This document shows, piece by piece, positions 50,552 to 62,163 of a stretch of 64,000 nt of DNA. Numbering within the stretch: position 1 is the first letter of the stretch; each line of letters opens with the position of its first letter. A program made the translations under genes and the position numbers. The notes below the pieces were generated by a model that searched no databases, was not told where the DNA came from, and saw nothing but the letters and a program-made list of their open reading frames with translations. The stretch comes from Chiloscyllium plagiosum (taxonomy: Eukaryota): the NCBI RefSeq assembly GCF_004010195.1, contig NC_057719.1, forward strand, positions 62,196,796-62,260,795, written 5' to 3'.

Positions 50552-52826
50552 GAATAATAGGGTGGTTATGGTAGGGGATTTTAACTTTCCAAACATAGAC
50601 TGGGACTGCCATAGTGTTAAGGGTTTATATGGAGAGGAATTTGTTAAGTGTGTACAAAACAAATTTCTGATTCAGTATGTGGATGTACCGACGAGAGAAG
50701 GTGCAAAGCTTGACCTACTCTTAGGAAATAAGGCAGGGCAGGTGACTGAGGTGTCAGTGGGGGAGCACTTTNNNNNNNNNNNNNNNNNNNNNNNNNNNNN
50801 NNNNNNNNNNNNNNNNNNNNNNNNNNNNNNNNNNNNNNNNNNNNNNNNNNNNNNNNNNNNNNNNNNNNNNNNNNNNNNNNNNNNNNNNNCTGATTGGAGG
50901 CAGATGTTCGCAGGTAAAGGGACAGCTGGAAAATGAGAAGCCTTCAGAAATGAGATAACAAGAATCCAGAGAAAGTATGTTCCTGTCAGGGTGAAAGGAA
51001 AGGCTGGTAGGTATAGGGAATGCTGGATGACTAAAGAAATTGAGGGTTTGGTTAAGAAAAAAAAGGAAGCATATGTAAGGAATAGAACAGATAGATCGAG
51101 TGAATCCTTAGAGTATAAAGGAAGTAGGAGTGTACTTAAGAGGAAATTCAGGAGGGCAAAAAGGGGACATGAGATAGCTTTGGCAAATAGAGTTAAGGAA
51201 AATCCAAAGAGTTTTTACAAATACATTAAGTACAAAAGGGTAACTAGGGAGAGAATACGGCCCCTCAGAGATCAGCAAGGCTGTCTTTGTATGGAGCCGC
51301 AGAAAATGGCGGAGATACTAAATGAGTATTTTGCACTAGTATTTAATGTGGAAAAGGATATGGAAAATATAGACTGGAGGGAAATAGATGGTGACATCGT
51401 GCAAAATGTCCATATTACAGAGGAGGAAGCGCTGGATGTCTTTAAATGCATAAAAGTGGATAAATCCTCAGGACCTGATCAGGTGTACCCTATACCTCTG
51501 TAGGAAGCTAGAGAAGTGATTGCTGAGCCTCTTGCTGAGATATTTGTATCATCGATAATCACAGGTGAGGTGCTGGAAGACTGGAGGTTGGCTAAGGTGG
51601 TGCCACTGTTTAAGAAGGGTGGTAGGGACAAGCCAGGGAACTATAGACCGGTGAGCCTGACGTTGGTGGTGGGCAAGTTGAACATCCTGTCCCTCAGGAT
51701 TCCCTCCAACATGTATTTGGAAAGGCGTCCCTCAGGATTCCCTCCAACATGTATTTGGAAAGGCAGAGACTGATTAGGGATAGTCAACATGGCTTTGTGC
51801 ATGGGAAATCATGTCTCACCAACTTGATTGAGTTTTTGAAGAAATAACAAAGAGGATTGATGAGGGCAGAGTGGTAGATGTGATCTATATTGACTTCAGT
51901 AAGGTGTTCGACAAGGTTCCCCATGGGAGACTGATTAGCAAGGTGAGATCTCAGGGAATACAGGGAGAACTAGCCATTTGGATACAGAACTGGGTCAAAG
52001 GTAGAAGACAGAGGGTGGTGGTGGAGGGTTGTTTTTCAGACTGGAGGCCTGTGACCAGTGGAGTGCCACAAGGATCGGTGCTGGGCCCTCTAATTTTTGT
52101 CATTTACATAAATGATTTGGATGCGAGCATAAGAGGTACAGTTAGTAAGTTTGCAGATGACACCAAAATTGGAGGTGTAGTGGACAGTGAAGAGGTTACC
52201 TCAGATTACAACAGGTACAGGAGTTGGGAGGTCATGTTGTGGCTGTACAGGACATTGGTTAGGCCACTTTTGGAATATTATGTGCAATTCTGGTCTCCTT
52301 CCTATCGGAAAGATGTTGTGAAACTTGAAAGGGTTCAGAAAAGATTCACAAGGATGTTGCCAGGTTTGGAGGATTTGAGCGACAGGGAGAAGCTGAACAG
52401 GCTGGGGCTCTTTTCCCTGGAGCGTCGGAGGCTGAGGGGTGACCTTATAGAGGTTTACAAAATTATGAAGGGCATGGATAGGATAAATAGACAAAGTTTT
52501 TTCCCTGGGGTCGGGGAGTCCAGTACTAGAGGGCATAGGTTTAGGGTGAGAAGGGAAAGATATAAAAAAAGACGTAAGGGGCAACCTTTTCACGCAGAGG
52601 GTAGTACGTGTATGGAATGAGCTGCCAGAGGAAGTGGTGGAGGCTGATACAATTGCAACATTTAAGAGGCATTTGGATAGGTATAAGAATAGGAAGGGTT
52701 TGGAGGGATATGGGTCGGGTGCTGGCAAGTGGGACTAGATTGGGTTGGGATATCTGGCTGGCATGGACGGGTTGGACCGAAGCGTCTGTTTCCATGCTGT
52801 ACATCTTTATGACTCTATGATTCTAT
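50552..52826 (+). mobile_element. CR1 LINE (HER1-like) ORF2 pseudogene: part of the APE endonuclease, RT and 3' UTR
   Basis: GDFNFP, PTREGAKLDLLL, NPKSFYKY, GVPQGSVLGP, FADD, RLRGDLIEVYK; tail ...ATGACTCTATGATTCTA. Contains stops, a gap, a micro-inversion and a deletion. Confidence 0.95.
50772..50889. other. Assembly gap (118 N)
   Basis: Run of N inside a CR1 copy. Confidence 1.
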
Positions 52827-53959
52827 ATAAAAACAGAAATAGCCAAAAGCATGGATGCAAGTTAGTACGGTCATAGAAAGGCAAACGATGCAAGTGGTTC
52901 ACTTTGAGAGGAATGAAATTAAAAATCCAAGAGCATTTGTTAAACTTGCATCGAAGTTGGAGTATTTAAAGTATTGTGCACATTTCTAGTTGTCTTTATT
53001 AAAAGAAGACTGTAGAGATGCTGGAGAAAGTGCAAAGCTGAAGCTTTCCTCGGATGAATCCATTTGGAATGATGGAGCAAGCTGAATGCTGAAAGCCCAG
53101 ACTGAGGGGTGGCCTGAGTGAGAGCTTTTAGAAATTACATGTGGGAAAGAAGTTTTCTTTTGCAGAGAAGATCAGAACCCAAGGCCATAATAGTAATTTG
53201 ATCATTATCAAATCTGATTGGAGATTGAGGAGAAAGCTCCATACCCTGATGGGTCAAGGTGTGAAAAATACTACCACACTGAGTGGTTGAGGTGAACGTT
53301 CTAAGAGTATTTAAGGGGAAATTGGTGAAGCATTTAAGAGACTTGGGGTTAGGAGGATTTGTTGATTGAATTGCAGAAAGAAGGGTGGGAGGAGGCTCAG
53401 TTGGAGCATAAATACCTGCAGTGTGTTGAGTGGCTTCTTTCTATAGTGTACGTACTTGGTAATAGGCAATAAAATAGATGGGTGTTGCAGATCTGAAAAA
53501 AAAAACCTTGCTTGTTCTCTCCTCTCCACTACTCAGAATTTAGAAAAATACTCTGTATTCAGGAGTTTATTTTCACAAATGTATTCAGTGTTGTGTTGGA
53601 ATTCTAACCTCCTACCCCATCTTATCTCCATCCTCCCTATGGCCTGCGTAACCTCCCATTTCCCAGTTTTATTCTTTCATTATTTCTTGTTATTGTTATC
53701 TATGATGTTCAGAACCTCTTTGCTAAGCTTTGATGTTGCTACCCTTCCTCCCAAGGCCTTTTGTGTTCTTAGAAGCATGAACTGTTATCAATATTTTTAT
53801 ATAAAGTGGCTATCACCTGCTCGGCCAGGATTTATTTTCCATGCCTGTTTGCCCTTGAGAAGGTGCTGATGAGCTTCGTTGTTTCTCAGAAATGACATCT
53901 CTTGTGACATTGCTTCCATGATCTTGATTACAGACTTGATTGTCTTTGCTTGCTCCCCA

Positions 53960-55260
53960 CCTACGGCACCTCACGTTATCAGTACTATTATATTTGTGTA
54001 CGATGCTGGAGTAAACCTTTACCCCAAATCACTTGTGGCTTCCCATCATATTTTCAACCAGCTGGACTTTGAGCCTGTGTTTGGCCTGGTAATTCTGCAG
54101 CAGTTTCTCTCTTCAGTCACTCTCTCACTGTCAAGCTAGTTTAATTCTTCACATCTGGGTCATACTTCCTGGCTGGGGCTCACCTCGATTTTCTGGAGGT
54201 GATCTCGCAACTGGTTTAGGCATCGGTCACCACATGTGATGAATTGTCAGACATTGCTCTCTTTTGCAAAGATTGCTCTCTATTCCAAAGTCATCTTTGA
54301 CAACAAAAATGATGTAGGTTTCTTTTCTCCAGTGTTATATCTGTTTAAATCTCTACCACTTTTCTCCACCATCCATGTCTTCAGTGAAATGCAGGAAGTC
54401 ATGAATCTCTTCACCATTAAGTTTGAGACCATTCATGTTCCTCCTGTTCGAACCCTTAACCTGAGTTTTCCATGAGATTCTCTTCAACTTCCCTTCATAA
54501 TGACTCTGATCTCAACAGCACATAATCTGCTTCATCTCATACCATTTAAACGGTTGACAATTAACTCAGTTCCCTTTGGATTGGACTGGACACTAGCTGA
54601 TTTGCAAACATTGAAATTTGCAGCAGTTCAATTCCTGTCAACCTTGCTGTTATTACCTTAATCTCAAAAAAAATCTTTGACCTATCTTCATTGCAAGCTC
54701 TTAACCTGTCTCAATCCTAATTGCCTGCTTAACAACTTGAATATGCTATTTCAAAATCTTTTGCAATATTTCTTGCTGCTTTTTTTTTTAAACCTCTTAT
54801 CTGCAGGTGCTGTCCATGCACTGCACTAAAATTTCTGAATGAAAATCACAGCAAGCATTCCCCTGTGATACTTGATCTTTTGTGATCTGTCTGCAGCTTT
54901 TAGCATAGTTGCCTTCTTCATCCCCTCCAGCTTAAATTTCCCCTTTATTTCCTAACATCTTGCATTCCACTTCATCTATGCAGCCACAACCTGAGCATCT
55001 GCAGCAGTGACTTCTCTTTCAATTGCTGTGTAAAATCCTTTGAGATGCCAAAGATTCAATATACGTCATCTGCCAAATGCATGGACCAAACTACTATGTT
55101 AATAACCCGTATCTCTTTCACCCCTCAAATATTTCGTGTTGTCAGTAGTGCTTGTTCAATATCCAGTCTGCAGTAAATAGAAATTTTTTCCAGCTAAACA
55201 TTGGAAAGACCAAAGATAAAAGCCCTACTACAACCTTTGTCAATAACTCAATCACTCCAC
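53960..55260 (+). mobile_element. Highly degraded L2-like LINE fragments
   Basis: DLSAAF trace near 54885, QLNIGKT near 55190, and pyrimidine-rich L2-like composition. Confidence 0.45.
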
Positions 55261-55407
55261 CATTCTGCACGAGAATGTTTACAGCTCCTGCACCAGTACC
55301 TCAAAACATCAAACACAAAAGCCACGAGGTAAGTAAAGGCAAAGTTTTTTTTAAACAGTTACAGGAAGTACATTCACAACAGGGTAACAAGACCTCTGCC
55401 AAAGTAT

Positions 55408-55570
55408 AAAAATGTGTTGCTGGAAAAGCGCAGCAGGTCAGGCAGCATCAAAGGAACAGGAGAATCGATGTTTCGGGCATGAGCCCTTCTTCAGAAATGA
55501 GGAAAGTGTGCCAAGCAGGCTAAGATAAAAGGTAGGGAGGAGAAACTTGGGGGAGGGGCGTTGGAATTGC
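55408..55570 (-). mobile_element. PLE family A pLTR fragment (same subfamily as 1-261)
   Basis: Reverse complement of about 70-222; CTGAAGA-A-GGGC-TCAT-GCCC-GAAACATC. Confidence 0.85.
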
Positions 55571-55801
55571 TATACCTTGCGATAGTTGGGCTTGTGACTA
55601 TGCTGCTCCTTTAACAGAGTTATGTTGTCCTTGGTTTTGTTTTCAGAGGGGTTATAAAGCCAGAGGCTCCAATATGTCTGAGTTTATCTCCTTGAAGAAG
55701 TTTTAATTTTTTTTTTAATACTTGTCCAATGAAAGGGGAGTTACCAGTTCTCCCAGTTCAGGGATTGGTTTGGTTTGTTTTAGCAAGCTGTTTTGTTTGC
55801 A

Positions 55802-55995
55802 GCTGGTGGAAATGTGTTTGGCCTTGGAGGGAAGTAAGGGGGGGGAGGTGTGGGCGCAAGTTTTGCATTTCTTGCGGTTGCAGAGGAAGGTGCCGGGAGT
55901 GGAGGTTGGGTTGGTGGGGAGTGTGGATCTGACGAGGGAGTCGCGGATGGAGTGGTCATTCTGGGAGTGGAGGTTGGGTTGGTGGGGGGTTTTCT
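55802..55995 (-). mobile_element. PLE internal fragment: Cys-rich linker preceding the GIY-YIG domain
   Basis: SIRDSLVRSTLP...PGTFLCNRKKCKTCAH (Cx4Cx2C). Confidence 0.8.
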
Positions 55996-57053
55996 GAGAG
56001 TACAGCTGTAACAATGAAAAATTAATAAAGTAAGTTACTGTTTGGATTTCTTTCCATTGCTTCATCTCTCTCATTACAATTTGGCCAGAAATAACTCACT
56101 GCAAAAAGGAGACTGAAAGGTGGATTTGATGCATCTTTGCAATGTAATTAATGAAATCAGTTCAGTCTGTCTTGAGCAGATTGTTCTCTAATTAGGTATT
56201 TTGGGAGGTAAATCATTATCCCAGCTGGAAGAATGTAATCAACTTCTACCCACAAAAGATAACTTAGTCATTGGGAGACTAATTGGTTATGGCAATTAAT
56301 ACCTGCTCCTCTTAATTATTTCAGATATAACAAGTTTATTAACAACCAGGAGCAGGACCTGAGTTGTAATGGCCCAGTCAGCATTTCAGAATTGGGTCTT
56401 TAGCTGTGTCAGTTGTTTGGAATTAATAGTGTACCTCTGACATTTATCTTTACTGTGGGAGTTTGTACTGGGTGCTGGCCCTGACGTAGAGCCAATTTAA
56501 GCGATTAATTAATGGGCAGGAATTGGAATCCCTTTTGTATTGCCGAGAATGCATTTCCATGGGCTGTGGTTGTCATGATGTTCAAATTTATTTATCCTGA
56601 GGTTCAGTTAAATAAAGCACAACACAGCTGTTCGGTGAGCATGAGCTGACTGACGAAATAGCCATTGTATTGCATAAATATTGCATGAATTAGTTCCTTG
56701 AATCATCATGTTCACTTGACTTCTGAGCACTTTGGACCTTGTATATATAGTGTTCCATGGGCTGGGGGTGCCATCTTAGTGAGTTATTACAACGAGTCGA
56801 TCTAATAGGTTTAGAGCAAGGGGTGGGTGGGACGAGGACAGAAGAAAGGTTCTGCTTTTTGATTTGCAGGGGCGTTTTGGCTTTGAATTAATTAGTTGCT
56901 TCCCCTGACATTAAGTAGGTAATGATTGCCCTCGGTGTGTTTCTGTATAATTGTACTGGGGAGGTGCAAACTTTGCTTTTTGGTTTGCATGGAGAAACAC
57001 CCTGTGTGCATTCCTGGTCATGAGATGCTTTCACACATTGTAATACTCTAGAT

Positions 57054-58661
57054 AAAAGGATATGGAAGATAGAGACTGGAGGGAAATAGATGGTGACATC
57101 TTGCAAAATGTCCAGATTACAGAGGAGGAAGTGCTGGATGTCTTGAAACAGGTAAAGGTGGATAAATTCCCAGGACCTGATCAGGTGTACCCGAGAACTC
57201 TATGGGAAGCTAGAGAAGTGATTGCTGGACCTCTTGCTGAGATATTTATATCATCGATAGTCACAAGTGAGGTGTTGGAAGACTGGAGGTTGGTTAATGT
57301 GGTGCCACTGTTTAAGAAGGGTGGTAAGGACAAGCCAGGGATCTATAGACCAGTGAGCCTGACGTCGGTGGTGGGCAAGTTGTTGGAGGCAATCCTGAGG
57401 GACAGGATGTACATGTATTTGGAAAGGCAAGGACTGAGTAGGGATAGTCAACATGGCTTTGTGCGTGGGAAATCATGTCTCACCAACTTAGTGGAGTTTT
57501 TTGAAGAAGTAACAAAGAGGATTGATGAGGGCAGAGTGTTAGATGTGATCTATATGGACTTGAGTAAGGCATTCGACAAGGTTTCCCATGGGAGACTGGT
57601 CAGCAAGGTTAGATCGAATGGAATAAAGGGAGAACTATCCATTCGGATACAAGACTAGCTCAAAGGTAGAAGACAGAGGGTGGTGGTGGAGGGTTGTTTT
57701 CAGACTGGAGGCCTGTGACCAGTGGAGTGCCACAAAGATTGGTGCTGGGTCCACTGCTTTTCATCATTTATATAAATGATTTGGATGTAGTGGACAGCAA
57801 AGTAGGTTACCTCAGATTATAGCAGGGTCTTGTCCAGATGGGCTAATGGGCTGAGAAGTGGCAGATGGAGTGTAATTCAGATAAATGCGAGGTGTTGCAT
57901 TTTGGGAAAGCAAATCTGAGCCTGACTTATACACTTAATCTAAGGTCCTAAGGAGTGTTACTGAGCAATGAGACCTGGGAGTGCAGGTTCATAGCTCCTT
58001 GAAAGTGGAGTCGCAGGTAGATAAGATAGCGAAGAAGGCGTTTGGTATGCTTTCCTTTATCGGTCAGAGTACAGGAGTTGGGAGGTCATCTTGCGGCTGT
58101 GCAGGACATTGGTTAGGCCACTGTTGATATATTGTGTGCAATTCTGGTCTCCTTCCTATCGGAAAGATGTTGTATAACTTGAAAGGGTTCAGAAAAGATT
58201 TACAAGGATGTTGCCAGGTTTGAAGGATTTGAGCTATAGGGAGAGGCTGAACAGGCTGGGGCTGTTTTCCCTGGAGCGTCGGAGATTGAGGGCTGACCTT
58301 ATAGAGGATTATAAAATCATGAGGGGCATGAATAGGATAAATAGACAAAGTCTTTTCCCTGAGATCTAGTCCAGAACTAGAGGGCATAGGTTTAGGGTGA
58401 GAGGGGAAAGATATAAAAGAGACCTGCCGGGCAACCTTTTCACACAGAGGGTGGTACGTGTATGGAATGAGCTGCCAGAGGAAGTGGTGGAGACTGGTAT
58501 AATTGCAATATTTAAGAGTCAATCGGATGGGTATATGAATAGGAAGGGTTTGGAGGCTTATGGGCCGAGTACTGGCAGGTGGGACTCGAATGGATTGGGA
58601 TATCTGATCGGTATGGACAGGCTGGACCGAAGCGTCTGTTTCCATGCTGTACATCTCTGTG
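57054..58661 (+). mobile_element. 5'-truncated CR1 LINE (HER1-like) RT pseudogene and 3' UTR
   Basis: PGPD, YRPVSLTSVVGK, QHGFVRGKSCLTNL, DLSKAFDKV; the FADD segment is deleted near 57785. Confidence 0.95.
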
Positions 58662-59315
58662 TACCTAGATGAGTGAAACACTGGAGAGTCTCCTGGTGTC
58701 TGCAAAAGTGAACGTCCTCGCAATAGGTGGTGAGGGAACAGAGCTTTGAGAAAATAATTACTTGCTAGTGAGCATAGACAGGAAGAATCCAAATCTGAGA
58801 GGGAAGCTGTTGGTAATGGGAGGTGTTTATCAATCAGTAAGACAAAGAAAACCATTCTTTGTTTCGGAAAGCTAAGCAGCAGGTTGTCTACCTTAACTAA
58901 ATGCAGCAAGGCAAGATCATATTCATACCTGGAGGGTCCACATTAAACTGCCCAAGAGTGTAATCTTCAATGCACACTACATAATCTTGACATGTTTTTA
59001 ATCAACCTGTTCAGACACCTGTACGAAGGGATGGGACTTGAACTGAGGCCTCCTCGCTCAGAGTTATGGACATGACCATTGCACCACAAGGACGGACGGA
59101 CACAAACACAAACAAAATCACAATCTAGTGTCTGTGCCAGCACTGCAATTACATTATTGCCAATTTGTTGCCGTGGTGGATTCAACTTGTTCAGGTGAAA
59201 GCAATCTGATTGTGTCTCGTGTGACTGCAGTTGGATGAGTTTGTTCATGCTTCACCTTACCCAGAACCTTAACGACACACAAACAGCCTGCAGCATACAG
59301 TTATTGTTTGGATGA

Positions 59316-59802
59316 ATAGAGTCATAGACATGTACAGCATGGAAACAGACACTTCGATGCAACTTATCTATGCCGACCAGATATTATAACCTAATCTAGT
59401 CCCATTTGCCAGCACCCGGCCCATATCCCTCCAAACTCTTCCTATTCATATATCCATCCAGATGCCTTTTAAATGCCGTAATTGTACCAGTCTCCACCAC
59501 TTCCTTTGGCAGCTCATTCCATACATGTACCACCCTCTGCATGAAAAAGCTGCCCCTAAGGTCCCTTTTATATCTTTCCCCTCTCACCCTAAATCAATGC
59601 CGTCTAGTTCTGGACTCCCACACCCCAGGGAAGAAACTTTGATTATTTACCCTCTCCTTGCCCCTCATGATTTTATAAACCTCAGTCTCTGACGCTTCAG
59701 GGAAAACAGTCCCAGTCTATTCAGCTCTCCCTATAGCTCAAATCCTCCAACCCTGGCAACATCCTTGTAAATCTTTTTTGAACCCTTTCGAGTTTCGCAA
59801 TG
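59316..59802 (-). mobile_element. 5'-truncated CR1 LINE 3' end
   Basis: FFMQRVVHVWNELP and the same 3' UTR as the other copies. Confidence 0.9.
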
Positions 59803-61940
59803 TAGTTTCCTTCTCCTTCAACATTATGCAGTTGTTGTTCCAGAGACAATTGCAGAGCTTTTCTGTGGCGTTGTGAGCGTAAACATTTCCAGTGTGAAGG
59901 AATTAATCATTTACAATTATTGACAGAATCACTGAATTGTTACGGTGCATAGGGAGGCCATTCGGCCCATTGTGCCTGCATCATCTCATTTAAGTGAGCA
60001 TCGTTACTTGCTGCTGATCTCAACTTTCTTCCCAGACCATTACTCGTTATTTGTATCCAGCTAACCATTCAATGCTCTCTTGAAACCCTCGTTAAACCAT
60101 TCATCATATTTCCTGGCATGCATTTCGTAATGTTACTAGTCTCTGACTGAAACAGTTTTCCTTCTCTTCACCCTGGCTGCTTTTGTAGATAACTTCAAAT
60201 CTGTGCTCTCTTGTTGGTATTCCTTATCCCAGCACCAGATGTGCAAAGCATCTACTTTTATTTGAAATTTGATGATCACTAGATGCTCCTAGGAGGACCA
60301 TGGGAATGCTTTAGGCGTGTACTCCAAGTCTTTCTGAAGAGACCAAGCCCATTGACTGATTGATAAGAGCCCCTGGCTTGTGACCAAGTAAAATTAAGGA
60401 AGGTTCACATTGGAAGGCACTGAACACATTGTTGGGAAGGTGTGGAGGTGAAATTGAGATATTGGAGGAAATGCACAAATCTACAAACAGCCAATACCTA
60501 CATTTCCAGCACCACTGGCCCCAATTGGGCATTGTCTGCATTAGATTTATCAGCCATTTCAGGACTTCGGTGAGGGACCTCTGTAAATATCTGTGGGAGT
60601 CAGCCTTTTGGCATGTTTTAAGCTCTCTTTACCATTCACTTAGATCATGGCTGATCCTCCACTTCCTCAACTTCTATTCCTGCAGCAACTCCATATTCAC
60701 TAAATTGACAATATCCTTGCACCTTGCTTGTTTGATTCCTGATCTGGTATTCACAGTTGGTCTTTGACCTTTGTTGAACCATTACGTGACATTGATGCGT
60801 TGAGGCAAGTAATATTGTCATTCAGTGTTGATTGTGTTCACATTGTGAAAAGACGCTTTAATCTGTTAAATACATGCTGCCAAATGCATCAGGGTTGTCG
60901 AGGCTCAGTCGAGTTACTCAGTGAGAGAGACGTGCATTTATCGAGTCCATTTGGAGACCATCAGATGTCTCAAGTGTTCTACAGCTGGCCAAGTACCTTT
61001 TGGCACCACAGGCACTGTCGCAACACAGGAAATGCAGCAGACTTGAACACGTTCAGTGAATTCTCACCATCAGCAATAGGATCGTGTATATTCAGATATT
61101 GGTTAAGGAATAAATATTGGCCAAGACACTAGGAAAGCTCAGATGTGCTTTGGTTTATTATCCCGCCGGAGAACTTGGTGTTAAAATTATAAAGGAGCTA
61201 CAGGTCCACTTGTGTGGCTCAGTATGCAGCATTTCTGTATAACAGTGAAAGAGTCAAGGATCTGTATCAGTAGTTGCTTTATTAATAAAGACTGCAGAAA
61301 CGTTGTTTGGAGAATACTCCAAATGATAAACGTGATGGCAGAAACATTTTCAATTGTCTATGAATCATTGAAATGACCGATCTCGTCTGTCTTTACTGGC
61401 AGAGTATGAGTTTTCTTAAATTTCATCGACAGTGTTGAAACCTTGTGATGTTCTGCTGAGGATAATTGACACAGGCAAGCATGCATTATGCAGGCGATAA
61501 ACAACCCGTGGGCCTTCTATCCGTCCTTCCATGTTTTTTCTATTATGTCACCACACATTTTAATAAAACACAGAAACTGGTTGTAAGACGTTGCAGTACT
61601 TTGGACTTTCTTGTGTGCCACTGTCCATGCAAGTTATCAGTTGACTGGTGATGGTCTGAAATCGAGGCTTCCATTAAAGAAAGGAATGGACAGGGCTAAC
61701 AGCAAAGGAAATAGACGTACAAAAAAAATGAAGGGCAACTCAAGCAGCTGGTCAGCGCTTTCATTGCTATGGCTGGAGAAAATCTTGCCATGCTCATTAC
61801 CCTCTGATGCAAAGGTTAACCAGGGAAGTGGCACTCAATAGAATGCATTGTCTTCGCTGTGGTGTGTTACCTCATTGGGATTACAGTTAGACTTGTCTGC
61901 CTTGATGCTTTTTTCTTGCCAGGTTGTTGCCCTGTAACTA

Positions 61941-62163
61941 GATAAAAACAATGACTGCAGATGCTGGAAACCAGATTCTGGATTAGTGGTGCTGGAAGAG
62001 CACAGCAGTTCAGACAGCATCCAAGGAGCTTCGAAATCGATGTTTCGGGCAAAAGCCCTTCATCGGGAATTCCTGATGAGGTGCTTTTGCCCGAAACATC
62101 GATTTCAAAGCTCCTTGGATGCTGCCTGAACTGCTGTGCTCTTCCAGCACCACTAATCCAGAA
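61941..62163. mobile_element. Palindromic PLE family A (variant subfamily) insertion with about 94-bp near-perfect arms
   Basis: Centre GGAATTCC 62066-62073; TSD TGTTG(C/T)CCTGTAACTA at 61925-61940 and 62164-62179. Confidence 0.93.

Noticed and set aside
58064..58909. 281-aa minus-strand ORF (also 52201-52728 and 26242-26709)
   Set aside because: Antisense reading of CR1 3' regions; the same pseudo-peptides recur in every copy.
137..62163. Recurring CTGATGAAGGGC...GAAAC motif as a CRISPR-like or regularly spaced array
   Set aside because: Copies are dispersed, in both orientations, with TSDs and no repeat-spacer periodicity; eukaryotic context with no cas genes.
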